This document shows, piece by piece, positions 36,893-52,270 of a DNA stretch of 54,586 nt. The notes below the pieces were generated by a model. It searched no databases and was not told the DNA's origin. It worked only from the letters and a program-made list of their open reading frames with translations. Within the stretch, counting starts at the first letter, position 1; each line of letters opens with the position of its first letter. Both the position numbers and the translations under genes were made by a program. The stretch comes from Prorocentrum cordatum (Eukaryota): positions 62,001-116,586 of the forward strand of contig CAUYUJ010000227.1 in assembly GCA_963575745.1 (NCBI GenBank), read 5' to 3'.

Positions 36893-37408
36893 TATAGCCC
36901 TATAGCCCTATAGCATTATAGCCTTATAGCCCTATGGCCCTATAGCCCTGTAGTTCTATAGCTCTATAGCCCTATAGCTCTATAGCCCTATAGCCCTATA
37001 CCCCTAAAAGCCGAAAAGCCCTATAGCCCTATAGCCCTATAGCCCTATAGCCCTATAGCCCTATAGCACTATAGCCCTGTAGCCCTGTAGCCCTCTAACC
37101 CTATAGCCTTATAGCCCTATAGCCCCATTGCCCTATAGCCCTGTAGCCCTGTAGCCCTACAGCCCTATAGCCCTATAGCACTAATCGCCCTATCGCCCTA
37201 TCGTCCTATAGCCCTATAGCCCTTATAGCCCTATAGCCATATTGCCTTATAGCCATATAGCCATATAGCCATATAGCCATATAGCCCTATAGCCCTATAG
37301 CCCTACTGCTCTATGTGCCCATAACCCTATAGTCCTATAGCCCTATAGCCCTATATACCTATAGCCATCTGGTCCTATAGCCCTGTTGCCCCACATCCGT
37401 ATAGCCCT
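36893..37408 (+). repeat. (TATAGCCC)n 8-bp satellite
   Basis: Directly visible. Confidence 0.95.
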
Positions 37409-37444
37409 AAACATATGATGTTTTTGTTGTTTCTCTCAGGTTTC

Positions 37445-38010
37445 ACATGTACATATATGCATGTCTGTATGCATGTATGCATATATGCCTATATGTACGT
37501 ATACATATATTTGTATGCATGTGTGTATGAATGTATGTATGCATGCATGCATGCATGCATGTAGGTATACATGTATGTAGGCATGTAGGCATATCGGTCT
37601 TCAGGTATGCAGATATACATGCAGGTACTTATGTATGCATTCATGCATGCATGCATGTCTGTATGTATGCATGTCTTTATGTATGCATGTATGTATTCAC
37701 GCATGCATTCATGCATGTCTGTATGTATGCATGCATGTGTGTATACATACATATATGTATATATGTGCATGCATGCATGCTTGTGTGTATGCATGTATAC
37801 ATGCATGCACGTATGTATGTATGCATGCATGTACGTGTGTATATATGCATGCATGTATAATGTATGACTGCACATATATATATGTATAGATATATGTGTT
37901 TATATATATTCACATATACATGTACGCATGCATGCATGCGTGCGTGCGTGCGTGCATGCATATATGCATGCATGCATGCATGCATGCATGCATGTATGCA
38001 TGTATGTATG

Positions 38011-38042
<32 letters not shown>

Positions 38043-38335
38043 TGTATGTATGCATGTGTGTATGTATGTATGTATGCATGCATGCATGTCTGTATGTATG
38101 CATGCATGTATGTATGTATGTATGTATGCATGTTTAGGTGTGTGTATGTATGTATGTATGCATGCATGCATGTATGTATGTATCTAAGTATGTATGTATG
38201 TATGTATGTATGTATGTATGTATGTAGGTATGTATGTATGTATGTATGTATGTATGTATGTATGTATGTATGTGTGCATGTATGTATGCATGTATGCATG
38301 CATGCATGTATTCATGCATGTCTGTATGTGTGCAC
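37445..38335 (+). repeat. (TGCA)n/(TGTA)n purine-pyrimidine alternating tract
   Basis: Directly visible; similar tract at ~45355-45565. Confidence 0.95.
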
Positions 38336-39617
38336 ATTTTCAGTGTATATTTATACGTAGTGGTATACCTTCATATCTGCACATATGTATGTATCTCTGT
38401 GGAGACGGATCTGAACACAGACGTATATAGTTCACGTCTAAATATATGTGTGTGTACTTTTCAATATCTGTGTAGATGTATAGGTGACCCAATACACATG
38501 CTGCACAACTCAAGCTGCATCACAACGAGTTTGCCACACGGCTTTCATCGTATAGATGGCACCCTACTGGTTGCCAAACAGGTCGCACACTCCAAGAATA
38601 TTGCACATCGAGAGTGCAATATCGTACGCTTGGGTTCCACGGTGGCAGCTGTTTTGCTCCGCCCATGGATCGAAATGACCTCCACGCGGGGGTCCTGTAG
38701 CTGCTGCTGTTACTCGTTCGCAGTCCCCCCGCTTCTCGTCGAGGGCCAAGGCGTCGCAGCGACGGGCCCTGGAGACGGAAGGCGTGCGGGGTTAGGGCGG
38801 CGAAGGAACGCGAAGACGGCGACGGTGCCGCCGATTTGGAGGACGGTGCCGTGTGCCTGGGAGAGGCGCACCCTGCACGTCCGAGCCCGCCCGTGCCCGC
38901 GCGAAGGTGCCGAGCCAGAATCTCTTGGCCCACCACGCCATCGCGGTTGGGCAGGGGAGGAGCGCGAAAGGAGAAGTTGGAGGACGGGGGGCGGGGGGTA
39001 CATGAGGAGGAGGAAGAGGGGGGGTACGCTCCAGCTCAGTGGTCAAGTTTGCCCAGCCGAAAAAGAGCAGGAGGAGGAGCCGGAGGAGGAGGAGGAGTAG
39101 GAGGAGGAGAAAGAGGAGGAGGAGGAGGAGGAGGAGGAGGAGGAGGAGGACGAGGGCGTGCATTTCTTTTCCCCCTTCCCCCCATGGCGACAGAGCAGCT
39201 CAGTGGGATATGAGCATGCCTACTCTCCTCCCTCGTGCCTCATTGCATCCATGTCTCCGTCCTCCCTCTCCTTCTGCTCGTCTCTCTCCCTCCCCACCTC
39301 GTCCTCGTCCTTCTCCTGATCCTCTTTTCTCTACTCCTCTTCATACTCAACCTTCTCGATGCCCGCGATCCTCGATCATCCTTCCAGAGGCGTCGATCCT
39401 CCCTGTCGATCCTTCTCCTCCATACAGAGGCGAGGAGAGGGCAGGTGGACCTCCGGGAGCTCACCGACCAGAGCGGCCCCAGCGGGCGGCCCTGCCGCCC
39501 GCTCGCGGGCTTTGGGGGACATGGCTCAAGGGATGGGGGGGCAGTAGGGGGAGGAGGAAGGGATGGATGGGGGAGGAGGGGAGGAGGGGAGGAGGGGAGG
39601 AGGAGGGGGAGGAGGAG

Positions 39618-41070
<1,453 letters not shown>

Positions 41071-43029
41071 TGCTACCACTAGTATGGATAATACTATTCA
41101 TAATAGTATTGATAAGATTAGCATTTCTAGTCACTGCTGCTCACACGAACCGTCTTATCACACTGCTTTTTATTAATATTACGACTAGCCTTATTCACAC
41201 TACTAACGTTGACCCCTTTACTGCTAATATTAATAGTAACACGTACGAGTAGTTCTATTAATAAGAAAATGAAGGTTACTAGTATTAGTAATAGCTGTCA
41301 TGCTACCAACCATCTTAACACTAATGATAATAACACATGTGGAGGAGGGGAGGAGGGGACGAGGAGGGCAAGGAGGAGGCGGGGGAGTGGGTGCAGGTGG
41401 AGGAAGTGGAGACGGAGGAGGAGGAGGAGGAGGAGGAGAGGATGGGGGGAGGAGGGGAAGGAGCAGGATCGAGGGGAAGGAGGGGATGGGAGGAGGCTGG
41501 GGTGAGGAGGGGGGAGGAGGGGAGGAGGGGAAGGAGAGGATGGGAGGAGAGGATGGGGGGAGGAGGGGGGAGGAGGGGAAGGAGGAGGGGAGGGTGGGGG
41601 AAGGAGGAGAGGATGGGAGGAGGGGAAGGAGGGGAAGGAAGGGGATGGGGGGAGGAGGGGAAGGAGGAGGAGGATGACTTGCTTTGGCGGCGGGGTTCGG
41701 GTACCTTCTGAGCCCCCGCCCCCTTGGGGAGCTCTGGAGGCCTCCAGGTAGCTTGGGGAGGCTTCTGGATATAGTTCGAGGATGCCCTTCGCCCTCCCCT
41801 CGCCGTCCTCCTCTTCCCCGTCTCCTCTCCCCGCCCCCCTCGGTCTCCCCCTCGCTCCTCTTCCCTCCTCTCTCTTCTCCTCTCGCTCCTCCTCCTCCTC
41901 CTCCTCCTCCTCCTCCTCCTCCTCCTCCTCCTCTGCACCCCCCCCTCGCTCGCTCCTCCTTCTCTCCTCTCGCTCCCCCGCGCTCCCCCTCGAGAGGAGG
42001 AAGGTAAGGAAGCCCAGGGTCAGGAAACGGACGCGAAGTAGGCGGGGGATGGGGAAGCCTCGTCCTCGCATCCACTTTTTCGACCACTTTCACTTCCGCC
42101 TTCCTCTTCCCTGCCTTCTCTTCTGGTTCACCCCGCAGCCCCTCATTCTTTCGTTTTTGTGTTGGTGTTTTTCTGTGTTGTGTTCGTTCTCTCTGTCTCT
42201 CCCTCTATCTCACTCTTTCTCCTGTACGTGTATTTATAATACATACGTACATGAAAATGTATATATATATACAGAGAGAGAGAGAGAGAGGTAGATGGGT
42301 GCACTGACATATCGGTGCCCCGGCTTTCCCTGCTCTTCTTCACTGTCCACCTCATTTCTTTCCCTCTTTCTTTCTCTCTCTCTCCCTCTCTCCTTTTTGA
42401 TTTCTCTCTCTCTCGCTCTCGCTTTCTCTCTTTTTTCCTGGCGGGAGGACGCTCACATGGATTTCTTTCCCTTTGTCCGTGTGGCTGTAGGGGATCAATC
42501 GGTTCGCCCCTGGGCGTTACACCTTAATTCCTTTTGCGTGTGGGGATCTAGATTGATCCCTTCTGCGGCGGAGGGGGACCCGACCCGGAGAAGGGATAAT
42601 TTACAACCACCTTGAACACATTTCAACCACTTTTAGTACCAATTCCAGCCACTGTAGTACGAATTCCAACCACTTCATTTTGAATTCCAACCCACCCCCA
42701 TAAGAAGCCCCACAGGCGTCTTAAAGGCGTCGTGCTTCAGGTTGCGCTTGGCGCTGTGCCAGGTGCCATCTGGTTCTCGGGGAGTCTTTCCCCCCCGACC
42801 GCGGGATGCGAGGGAGCGTGCTCCGTTTTCTGAGTCACCTGATCCACCTCCTCCTCCGCCTCATCTTCCCTCCTCCCTCTCCTCCTCCTCCTCCTCCTCC
42901 TCCTCCGCTTCATCCTCTTCCTTCACCCTCCTCCTCCTCCTCCTCCTCCTCCTCCTCCTCCTCCTCCTCCTCCCCCTTCCTCCGCCTCCTCCTCTCCCCC
43001 CCAATGGCTCGCCAGCTCCTTCCCTCAAG

Positions 43030-43445
43030 TCCTTAACCCCTCGAACCTCTAAGCCCTTGCGCTCTTGAGCCCTTGAGCCCTGAAGCCTTTGAACCATTGA
43101 AACACCTAAGCACTTAAACCCTTTTAGCCTTGCACCCTTAAGCCCTTCATGTTACCCTTAAGCCCCAAAACCCTTAAGCCCTTGAGCCCTCTAAACCCTT
43201 GAGAACCTTTCAAGCGCCTGAGCCCCTAATTTTCCAAGCCCTTGAACCCTTGTGCCCTTGAGCCCTGGGGCCCTTGAGCCATCGAACCCTTCAAACATTC
43301 AAACCTTACAATATAACCATTTGCGCGCTCGAGCCCTTGAACCCTTCGTGTCTTGAGCCGTTGAATTCTTCGACCCTCGAGCCCTTGAGCCTGTGAGCCC
43401 TTGAACTTTGTGCCCTGACGCCCTAAAACCTTTGAATCTTGAAGT
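43030..43445 (+). repeat. Degenerate 9-bp (AGCCCTTGA)n satellite
   Basis: Iterated AGCCCTTGA/AACCCTTAA. Confidence 0.8.
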
Positions 43446-43700
43446 TCTTACAGTGACGTTCGTGGACGAACCTGGTACGCATTACCAACCAGGGTAACTT
43501 TATTGGCTTCTGGGTTCTTTTCACGAGGAAACATATTATTTGGCTTTCTGATATAAGAACATCGTATTGCCCTTAAACCATACATTGAGGTTACTTGGCT
43601 GTCTGGAATTAGTACCAGTCTGTCTTTTCAAGCTGGTTGGGAAACAAAGGACACGTTGGTTGGGATTCGTCCCAGTCGGTTGGAGTTCGTCCTGTATGCG

Positions 43701-43845
43701 GTCTGGCCCTGGGGGAAAGATCCCAGGAACAAGAAACAACGCTTTCCTGAATCCACAAGTTCTGATCTTTCCGCGGGTTCACAACACATCGGCAACAGTG
43801 GATCCTGGTGGGCATCTTTTTCGGGATCTTTCCCCAGGCCCAGAC
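43701..43845. mobile_element. Short inverted-repeat (MITE-like) element
   Basis: GTCTGGCCCTGGGGGAAAGATCCC / GGGATCTTTCCCCAGGCCCAGAC. Confidence 0.5.
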
Positions 43846-43899
43846 GCCCCCCCCTCCCGCCACAGAAGGGGCCAACTTGCACGGGAATCCCGCACAAAG

Positions 43900-45270
43900 G
43901 ATATGTCATCAGTTATTCATTACGAAGGATACCTCATTAAGGACTCCCTAGTATGGACACCATAGTAAGGGTTCCTCTCTAAGGCTCCGTAGTGTAAGAT
44001 TCCTTACTGAGGCTTCCTTAGTACGGATTCCTTACTAAGGGTGAGCAGGAGTTACTTCTAAGGATTCTGTAGTAAGGGTTCCTTATTCAGGAATCGTTGT
44101 TCAGAGTTCCTTATTAATGACTCCCTCAAAAGGAATATTGTATGACAGTGCCTTATTAAGGATTCCGTCTCAAGGGTTCCTTATTGATAATTCAGTCAGT
44201 GTTTCTTGCGCAGGATTTCCGTTTATTTGTATATATATATATAATGTGTATCTGATAAAGTGGGAACTCCTTATTAATGCATCCTTACTAAGGGGGTGCG
44301 ACAAAAGGAATCATTAGGAAGGGTTCCCTCGTCAGGATTCGATATGAAGGACTCTGGTATGGGGATCCCTGAACACGGATTCCTTTACGAATGAAGCTTT
44401 ACTAGGCATTCCTCACTACGGGTACCTCACCATGTCAGAAAACCAAAAAAGAAAGGGTTCCTTTCCAAGGACCCTTTACGCGAGATTCCTTACCAAGGGC
44501 TCCTCAAAACGAATTCCTGATTCAGGGTAGGCAGGATTCACTGGCAAGGATTCTGTAGAGAGGGGCTTCCATAGTAAGGGAACCTTGCCCAGGGTTCCCG
44601 GTTAGGGAGTTTTGCAAACGGATATTGTACTGGGAAGGTCTTACTGAGAATTCCGTTCTACGGGTTCCTTATTGAGAATTTGTTATTAAAAAGGGTCTTG
44701 ACAACGGATTTCTCACTCAGGGTTCTTTACCAAGAAGTCATTATTCAGGATTCCCTACCGAGGTGTCTTTTCGAAGGAGGCGCGACCCAGGAATCATTAC
44801 TCAGGGTTTCTGAGTCAAGATTCGTTATAAAAGCGGTTCCGGATTGAGGATCCCATGGTGTTTTTTTGCACCAAGGATATGTTACATAGCATTTTTTATT
44901 ACGGATGCCTTCTTAAAGATCCCCGTGTAATGGCATCTTGGTAGGGGTTCCTTTCTAAGGATCCTTGATGTGAGATTTCTTCTTAAGGGTGACGTCGTAA
45001 AGATTCTTTATTCTAAAAGGGGACTCATGGCTCACTAGAAATGATTCCGCAGTAAAGGATCCATTTTTCGGATTCCTGGCTCAGGGTTCCATTTTGAGGG
45101 CCCTTTTCAAAATAATTCCTTCGTCATGATTTCGTATAGGGTTGTTTATCAACGATCCCGTATTCAGAATTCTTCAGTACGGGTGTCGCACGACAGGTTC
45201 GTATTACGGGTCCGTGAACCCGCCACTGATTATTCCGAGCTTCCGCAGGATTCCTTCTGCAGAGGGCTCC
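43900..45270. repeat. Highly decayed AAGG(A/G)TTCCTTA-based satellite
   Basis: Recurrent GGATTCCTTA/GGGTTCCTTA cores at short irregular spacing. Confidence 0.65.
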
Positions 45271-45589
45271 TTTCCAGCATTTCAGAGTCGGTGCAGCAGA
45301 TGATAAGTTTGACACGAAAAGCAGGGGCACCGATATTTCTTCGCGCCCTATCACCATATGTATACGTATATTTAATTGTATACGTATATGTACACGTATA
45401 TGTATGTGTATATGCATATGTACATGTTTATGTACGTGTATGTGTATATGTATGTGTATATGTGTTTGTACAAGGTGATTGTACATGTTCATGTATATGT
45501 ATATGTACATGCATGTGTATATCTATACGTATACGTAAATGTGTATGTTTATATATTTATGTGTAGAAGCATGTAGTGCAACAGCCGCC

Positions 45590-46165
45590 TTGGAAGTGTT
45601 TCCCGGGAGGTCTCTTGGAGCCATCTTTGGGTTTCTTTTGGGGTCCTCGAGAGGGGCCATTTGGGGCACTCATAGGGCTTTTTTGGGGGGTCTGGTGGCC
45701 CTCTTGGGGCTCTTTTTTTGGGGGGGGGGGCTGGCAGGCCTATTGGGGCCATCTTGGCCCCCCCAGGGTCAAACAAAGAGGGGTAACGGATTCAGGTCCC
45801 CCCTCGGAGGCTCAAGCATGTTGCGCTGAGGCCATCTGGAGCCGTTCTTGGAGCGCTCTTGGGCCCCCTTGGGGCCGTCTTAGGGCTCCCTGGGGCCGTC
45901 TTGGGGCCATTTGGGGCTTCCGAGGGACATCCGAAACGATAAGGCGATACGGCACGAACCAAAGGGTTTTGGAGCCATTTTGGCCTCTTGGTGAAATCCT
46001 TGGAGGGCTCGGGTGGCACTAGAAATTACCTCGGGGCCGTTTTGAGGCCTCTTGAATATGCGTCGGCGGCTATTTTGAGCCATCTTGAGCTATCTTGAGC
46101 CATCTCGGAGGCCATCTTGGGGTCTCTGATGCCCTCTTGGAGCCATCTTGGGCGACCTTGGGCGC
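45590..46165 (+). repeat. GGGCC(G/A)TCTTG minisatellite family
   Basis: Iterated units as at 34590. Confidence 0.75.
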
Positions 46166-46339
46166 TGTGACCGATCGCGGCCCTCTCCTCCCTTGTCCAG
46201 GGTAGGGGGTCGGAGGAGGGGTCAAGCTACCCACCCGCCCGCAAGCCGTCTAGCTCACTCCCACCCGCCCTCCCCACACATAAGTAACACCCGAGCCTGA
46301 GAATGTTCAGCGGTCGTCTTTGGATGGACAGCTACTGGG

Positions 46340-46565
46340 AGCCAACGCCGACCCCATGTGCTTGACGCTTGGGCGAGGTGCCCCACGCGTGCCAGGGGCG
46401 CCACGCGCGCCAGGCACCCCTGGGGCCCGAGCGTACCAGGCACGCCTGGTGCGCCAGATGCGCCACGTGCTTCACGTGCGCCAGGTGTGCCGCACACTCC
46501 AGCCGCGCCAGGTGCGCCACGTACGGGGCACGTGCCGAGTGCGTCGGGTGTGTCTGCGCACGTGA
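46340..46565 (+). repeat. Degenerate 9-bp GTGCGCCA(G/C) repeat
   Basis: Directly visible. Confidence 0.7.
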
Positions 46566-46589
46566 CAGCACACATCGGGAAACATGTCG

Positions 46590-46990
46590 CCCCCCGCCAT
46601 CCCTGTCGAAAACCAATGCCCATCATTGTGTCTGGTGGGCCTGCGCACACCACGCCGCGCGCCATCACCCCCGTCGGCCCTGTAAAAACCACTTGACGGG
46701 GATCGCGGGATGGCCGTGCATGATCTAGATTTAGCCGCGAGGTGCATTTTTTTGTCAGGGATGGTAGCCCAGCGCGCAGCAGGGAATATCTGACACCCCC
46801 GCCGTCCCTATCAAAAACAATCCACAGTGCTCGCGGGCCTCACGAACATCACTCAAGAATCTGCCCCATACTGTGCTTGCATTGTTTGTGACATGGATAG
46901 TGGGGGTGGTCGCGTCGGGTTGGCCGCGCATGCTCCAAATGTAGAGACAGAGTGCGATTTGGACGGTTTTTTGACAGGGATGGTGGGGGG
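46590..46990. mobile_element. TIR-bounded element with six TTTTTGACAGGGAT-like motifs
   Basis: CCCCCCGCCATCCCTGTCGAAAACC (46590-46614) / GGTTTTTTGACAGGGATGGTGGGGGG (46965-46990). Confidence 0.6.
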
Positions 46991-48399
46991 GCGGGCCCGC
47001 ATGGGGTCGGCATGGTTCTGGGTTCCAGGCAGAGGAAGGAGGGATATTGGCAGAGAGACGACAACCTCGTTAAACCGCCTACGCCCAGAGGGCTGGTGGG
47101 ATTACTTGATAGGGGCATACGTATGCGTCGTGTTCGTCTCTATTTCTCTCTGTCGTCGTCCCTCGCTGTGTTCTCGCTTTGACGGGAAGCCCCGGCGGGG
47201 CGGGGGGACCCGCGCACCAAGGAGGACAAGGAAGAGGAGGACGAGGAGGGGGAGGGAGGACCAGGGGAGGGGGAAGAGGGTTTGGAGGAGGACCAGGAGG
47301 AAGAGGACCAGGAGAAAGATGAAGAAAAGGAAGAGGAGGGAGGAACATGATGAGGAATATGAGGATGAGGAGTAGGAGGGAGACGGAAGACCAGAAGGTG
47401 TAGTATGCAGGAGAAGCGAGGAGGGGGGAGGGAGAACGGTGGACTACTTGGCTCCAACAAAAGCTTCCCTGGCTAGTCTTACGGGGAAGTATGCGCAGGT
47501 GCACGCAATGAGTGCGTGACCTCATGGCCCCAAAGTGGTATCACTCGGCGGCATCACGCCCGACCCAGGAAGGAAGACTACCTTGCTAGGCTTCTGCGGG
47601 GGCAAGGAATTCGGAAGGCGCACTGTTACTACCGTCGGCTTCCGCCGCCCTATCCCCATCATAAGATTAAAGGGACTTTCGGTAGGCCGATGTATCAGGG
47701 GTTGGCCGAGGGAGGAGATGGAGTTTAAATTGGAGGTTGGCCAACGGTTGAAACATTGAAGATTTGCAACTTTGAATATTTTGAAAGTATCATTCTTGGC
47801 GCTGTGCAAAGCCTGAACGTTGAGGTTTTGATGTTTGCTACCCGTCGCAAGCATGTGCAGGCTTTGGCCATGCTGTTTATGACCATCTTCCTACATACGG
47901 ATTCCAAATGTTGAAATCATGGCTCAAGCTTTGAAATTGCATCGCCTAAGCCTTTGTATTCTTGAAGGCTGAGCAAGTTGTTAGGTTGACATTGGTAAGT
48001 CGAGATTTTCGGGTCGTGAGATGAGACATGAGTGTGGGGCAGCTGACTCCTGTCGCACACTGTTCAATGAACTTTGAAGCAGGCGACGTCAGCCACTTTG
48101 TCCAAATTGTTTTGAGGGCAATGCCGCAGCGTCCTGTGAGGTCAGAACAGGACGCGCAATGGCATTATCAACAGTGATTTTCTGGTGCCAGGTGTTAGGT
48201 GTCGTGAGTGACTTGTTTTGAGGTCGGGAGGGACGCGCCAGTTGCAACTCGAACGTCGCCTGTGTGTCTGCGCGCGTATGCGCGTAGTGTCGATGTGGGG
48301 TGGGTTGGCTCAAGCGCAAGCGGCATTCCAATTGAAAACGCCACTTCGGGACCGCCTCCTCCCCGCGCGGGCGGGCCCCGCCGCGCTTCGGCCACATGG

Positions 48400-49770
48400 A
48401 GGCGTGGGGGCGGCGCTGGCGGGGGCATGGGGCTGCGCCTCGCGGGCTGCCACCAGTGCGTCGACGGCCTGGGTCGCGTCGACGGCGCGCTGCAAAGGGA
48501 GCCATCACGCACGCCATCTGTGAGTGTGGCGCTTCGAGGCCCCCGTCCGCTTCACCCCCGGCTTCGGCCCGTCGCCTGGCTCTGGGGGGGGTGTAGGAGG
48601 TTTCGGCGCCTTATGCGGGTTGCTGATCGGCCTGCGCTGGGAGCAGATCGCGCGCCGTGCCGCTTTGCTGGCGGCTGGGCGGGCGCGCCTGGCTCATGCG
48701 GCTGCTGGGCCGCCGGGACTCACCGCCATGCCGCCGTGGCATAAGGCAGTCCAGTTCGAGCTCGGCGCTGCGACCGAAACGCGGCGGACGATCCTCCAGC
48801 TCCTCTCCGACGCTAGCGACGGGGAGGTCGCCCTCGACCTCCTGGTCGCCCTCGACCTCCTGGCGGCGGCGGCAGGCGTGACGCCACGGGGCGCCCTCGC
48901 GTTTGTCTTCGGCGACGTTGCGATCAGAGACAGCTCGGCCGCATGGAGGCTGCTGCGCTCGAGGGTCCTCCGCCGCGACCCTCTCGCGGGCGTGAGGGTC
49001 GGCGGGGTCTTGCGCCCCTGGCCAGTGGGGGGCGACGAGTTCCTGCGGGCCATGGTGGCCGTGGGTTCCGCCGAGCTGCCCGTGGGCGACCTTTGGCTTC
49101 GCGGAGCGGCCCGAAGGCGCCGTCGCGGGCTTCGCCGCGTCGCCCTGAGATCAGCTCCGGGACCTGTCTCGAAAGGGCCGCCGTGCGCCACGGGACTCGT
49201 GGGTGGACGGGGTCCAGGTTGCCGCCGGCCGTGGGGAAGAACAGCCAGCAGACGCGGGCTCCAGTGCGGGGGCCCCAGTTGTTGCCGCCGGCCCGGAAGA
49301 TGGGTTCCAGGGCCGTCCTCCCAGCCCAGGCCCTGGGGACGGGCCGCCAGCCGGTGCGGGCCTCGTCGCGGACGGCCTGGCTGCCACTGGTGGCCAGGAA
49401 GATGGACCCTGCAGGGCCGTCTTTCCAGAGTGGGCCGTGGGGAGGAGCCGCCAGCCGCCGCGGGCTCCAGCGCGCGGGCCCCCTGCCGCAAGGTCCCACG
49501 ATGCTCAGCCTTTGAGCTCCGGGGGACAGCAGATGGGGCGACGTCCGCGGGGTGCGCGTCGGAGAAGGGAGAAACCAGCGCTCGACGTCCGCTTTGTCGC
49601 GCCCCTGAGATCCGCGGCCGTGATCTTCATCGCCGACTTCCGCATTGACCCTGTCGCCCCTCAGGCCACGCCGTTCTCCTGGCCGTTGCGCGGTGGGGCT
49701 GGGCGCGTCAGCGAGGTTCCTGACATCCCGAGCCCCGGAGCCGCCAGCACAGGTAATGTCCGCTTGTGAT
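48400..49770 (+). pseudogene. Putative decayed coding region, product unknown
   Basis: Protein-like non-repetitive translation (WEQIARRAALL...HKAVQFELG..RRTILQLLSDASDGEVALDLLVALDLL...) that appears to continue after a frameshift; no family motif recognised. Confidence 0.3.
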
Positions 49771-49892
49771 TAACAAATGATGCCCCCCTGGGCTGATGAA
49801 GCGACCCCGCGCGGCGCGAAACAATATTTACTTAAAAGCTCTTGCTGATAGGTTTTTACCTAACAGCTTGTTCTGATAGGTTTCTAGTAGGG

Positions 49893-50702
49893 TCAAAAGA
49901 GAGCAGCAGATGACTCCACAGGGGGGTCTGGGCGGGTGCCGGACAGGGTGCCGCAGAAGTCGTTTTAAGCCAACAGTCACACACTTCGTGCTCTTCGACC
50001 TCCCAGAACTCCATTCCCGGGCCACATTCTGAATGCCCGGAGCCAACTGTAGGCCACTTCGTGCTCTTCGACTTCCCAGAACTCCATTCCCGGGCCACAT
50101 TTTGGATGCCCGGAGCCAACTGTAGGCCACTTCGTGGTCTTCGAGTTCCCAGAACTCCATTCCCGGGCCACATTTTGAATGCCCGGAGCCAACTGTAGGC
50201 CACTTCGTGGCTTCGAGTTCCCAGAACTCCATTCCTGGGCATGATTTTGGATGCCCGGAGCCAACTGTAGGCCACTTCGTGTTCTTCGAGTTCCCAGAAC
50301 TCCATTCCCGGGCCACATTTTGAATGCTGAGGCAGGCTGAGGCTGAGGCTGAGGCAGGCTGATGCTGAGGCAGGCTGAGGCTGAGGCTGAGGCTGATGCA
50401 GGCTGAGGCTGAGGCAGCCTGAGGCTGAGGCCGAGGCTGAAGGCAGACTGAGGCTGAGGCTGAAGCAGGCTGAGGCTGAGGCTGAGGCAGGCTGAGGCTG
50501 AGGCAGGCTGAGGCTGAGGCTGAGGCAGGCTGAGGCTGAGGCTGTGACTGTGACTGCCGTTGCCACTGCGACTGTCATCGCGAATGCGACTACGACTGCG
50601 AGAACAGCAGAATTCTACAACTGGATTCTCATCTGAATCTTAATGGGAATGCTTCCAGATATGCTCCTACACATCGCTGTTAGGTTGCTTTGCCGGGATA
50701 AT
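49893..50702. repeat. Composite module copy 1: 73-bp tandem array (49982-50326) + (GCTGAG)n + unique tail
   Basis: CAGAACTCC starts at 50004, 50077, 50150, 50222, 50295. Confidence 0.9.
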
Positions 50703-50710
50703 TAGTGGTC

Positions 50711-51559
50711 TCAAAAGAGAGCATCATGACTCCTCAGGGGGGTCTGGGCGGGACCCGGAACGGCTGCCGCCGAAGCCGAAATCGCTTTGGACATCCTCGC
50801 AAAATCGCTCTTGGTGCTCCCAGAACTCCATTCCCGGGCCACATTTTGGATGCCCGGAGCCAACTGTAGGCCACTTCGTGCTCTTCGAGTTCCCAGAACT
50901 CCATTCCCGGGCCACATTTTGGATGCCCGGAGCCAACTGTAGGCCACTTCGTGGTCTTCGAGTTCCCAGAACTCCATTCCTGGGCATGATTTTGAATGCC
51001 CGGAGCCAACTGTAGGCCACTTCGTGTTCTTCGAGTTCCCAGAACTCCATTCCTGGGCCACATTTTGAATGCTGAGGCAGGCTGATGCTGAGGCTGAGGC
51101 AGGCTGAGGCTGAGGCAGGCTGAGGCTGAGGCCGAGGCTGAAGGCAGACTGAGGCTGAGGCTGAAGCAGGCTGAGGCTGAGGCTGAGGCAGGCTGAGGCT
51201 GAGGCTGAGGCAGGCTGATGCTGAGGCAGGCTGAGGCTGAGGCTGAGGCTGATGCAGGCTGAGGCTGAGGCAGGCTGAGGCTGAGGCCGAGGCTGAAGGC
51301 AGACTGAGGCTGAGGGTGAAGCAGGCTGAGGCTGAGGCTGAGGCAGGCTGAGGCTGAGGCAGGCTGAGGCTGAGGCTGAGGCAGGCTGAGGCTGAGGCTG
51401 TGACTGCGACTGCCGTTGCCGCTGCGACTGTCATCGCGAATGCGACTACGACTGCGAAAACAGTAGAATTCTACAACTGGATTTTCATTTGAATCTTAAG
51501 GGGAATGCTTTCAGATATGCTTCTACACATCGCTGTTAGGTTGCTTTGCCGGGATAATT
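50711..51559. repeat. Composite module copy 2: 73-bp tandem array (50819-51072) + (GCTGAG)n + unique tail
   Basis: Same start TCAAAAGAGAGCA and end TTGCTTTGCCGGGATAAT as copy 1. Confidence 0.9.
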
Positions 51560-51711
51560 TTAATCACCCGCGCCAGGGGGTCGTCGCGGGCGCCGCCAAA
51601 AAGAACGTGCACCCCACTGTGCGGCAGTCTCAAAAAGATTGCCTTTAGCACAGAAGTTGTTATACGGATCTTATCCATCTCTCAGGCTGATTGCTGACGT
51701 GCCACAGTAGT

Positions 51712-52270
<559 letters not shown>

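Noticed and set aside
43030..43445. Interstitial telomeric repeat
   Set aside because: The unit is a 9-mer AGCCCTTGA, not CCCTAAA or CCCTAA; the (TATAGCCC)n tract is likewise non-telomeric.
45973..45984. AGCCATTTTGGC match to the dinoflagellate spliced leader
   Set aside because: Embedded in a GGCCATCTTGG-type minisatellite that generates such matches by chance.
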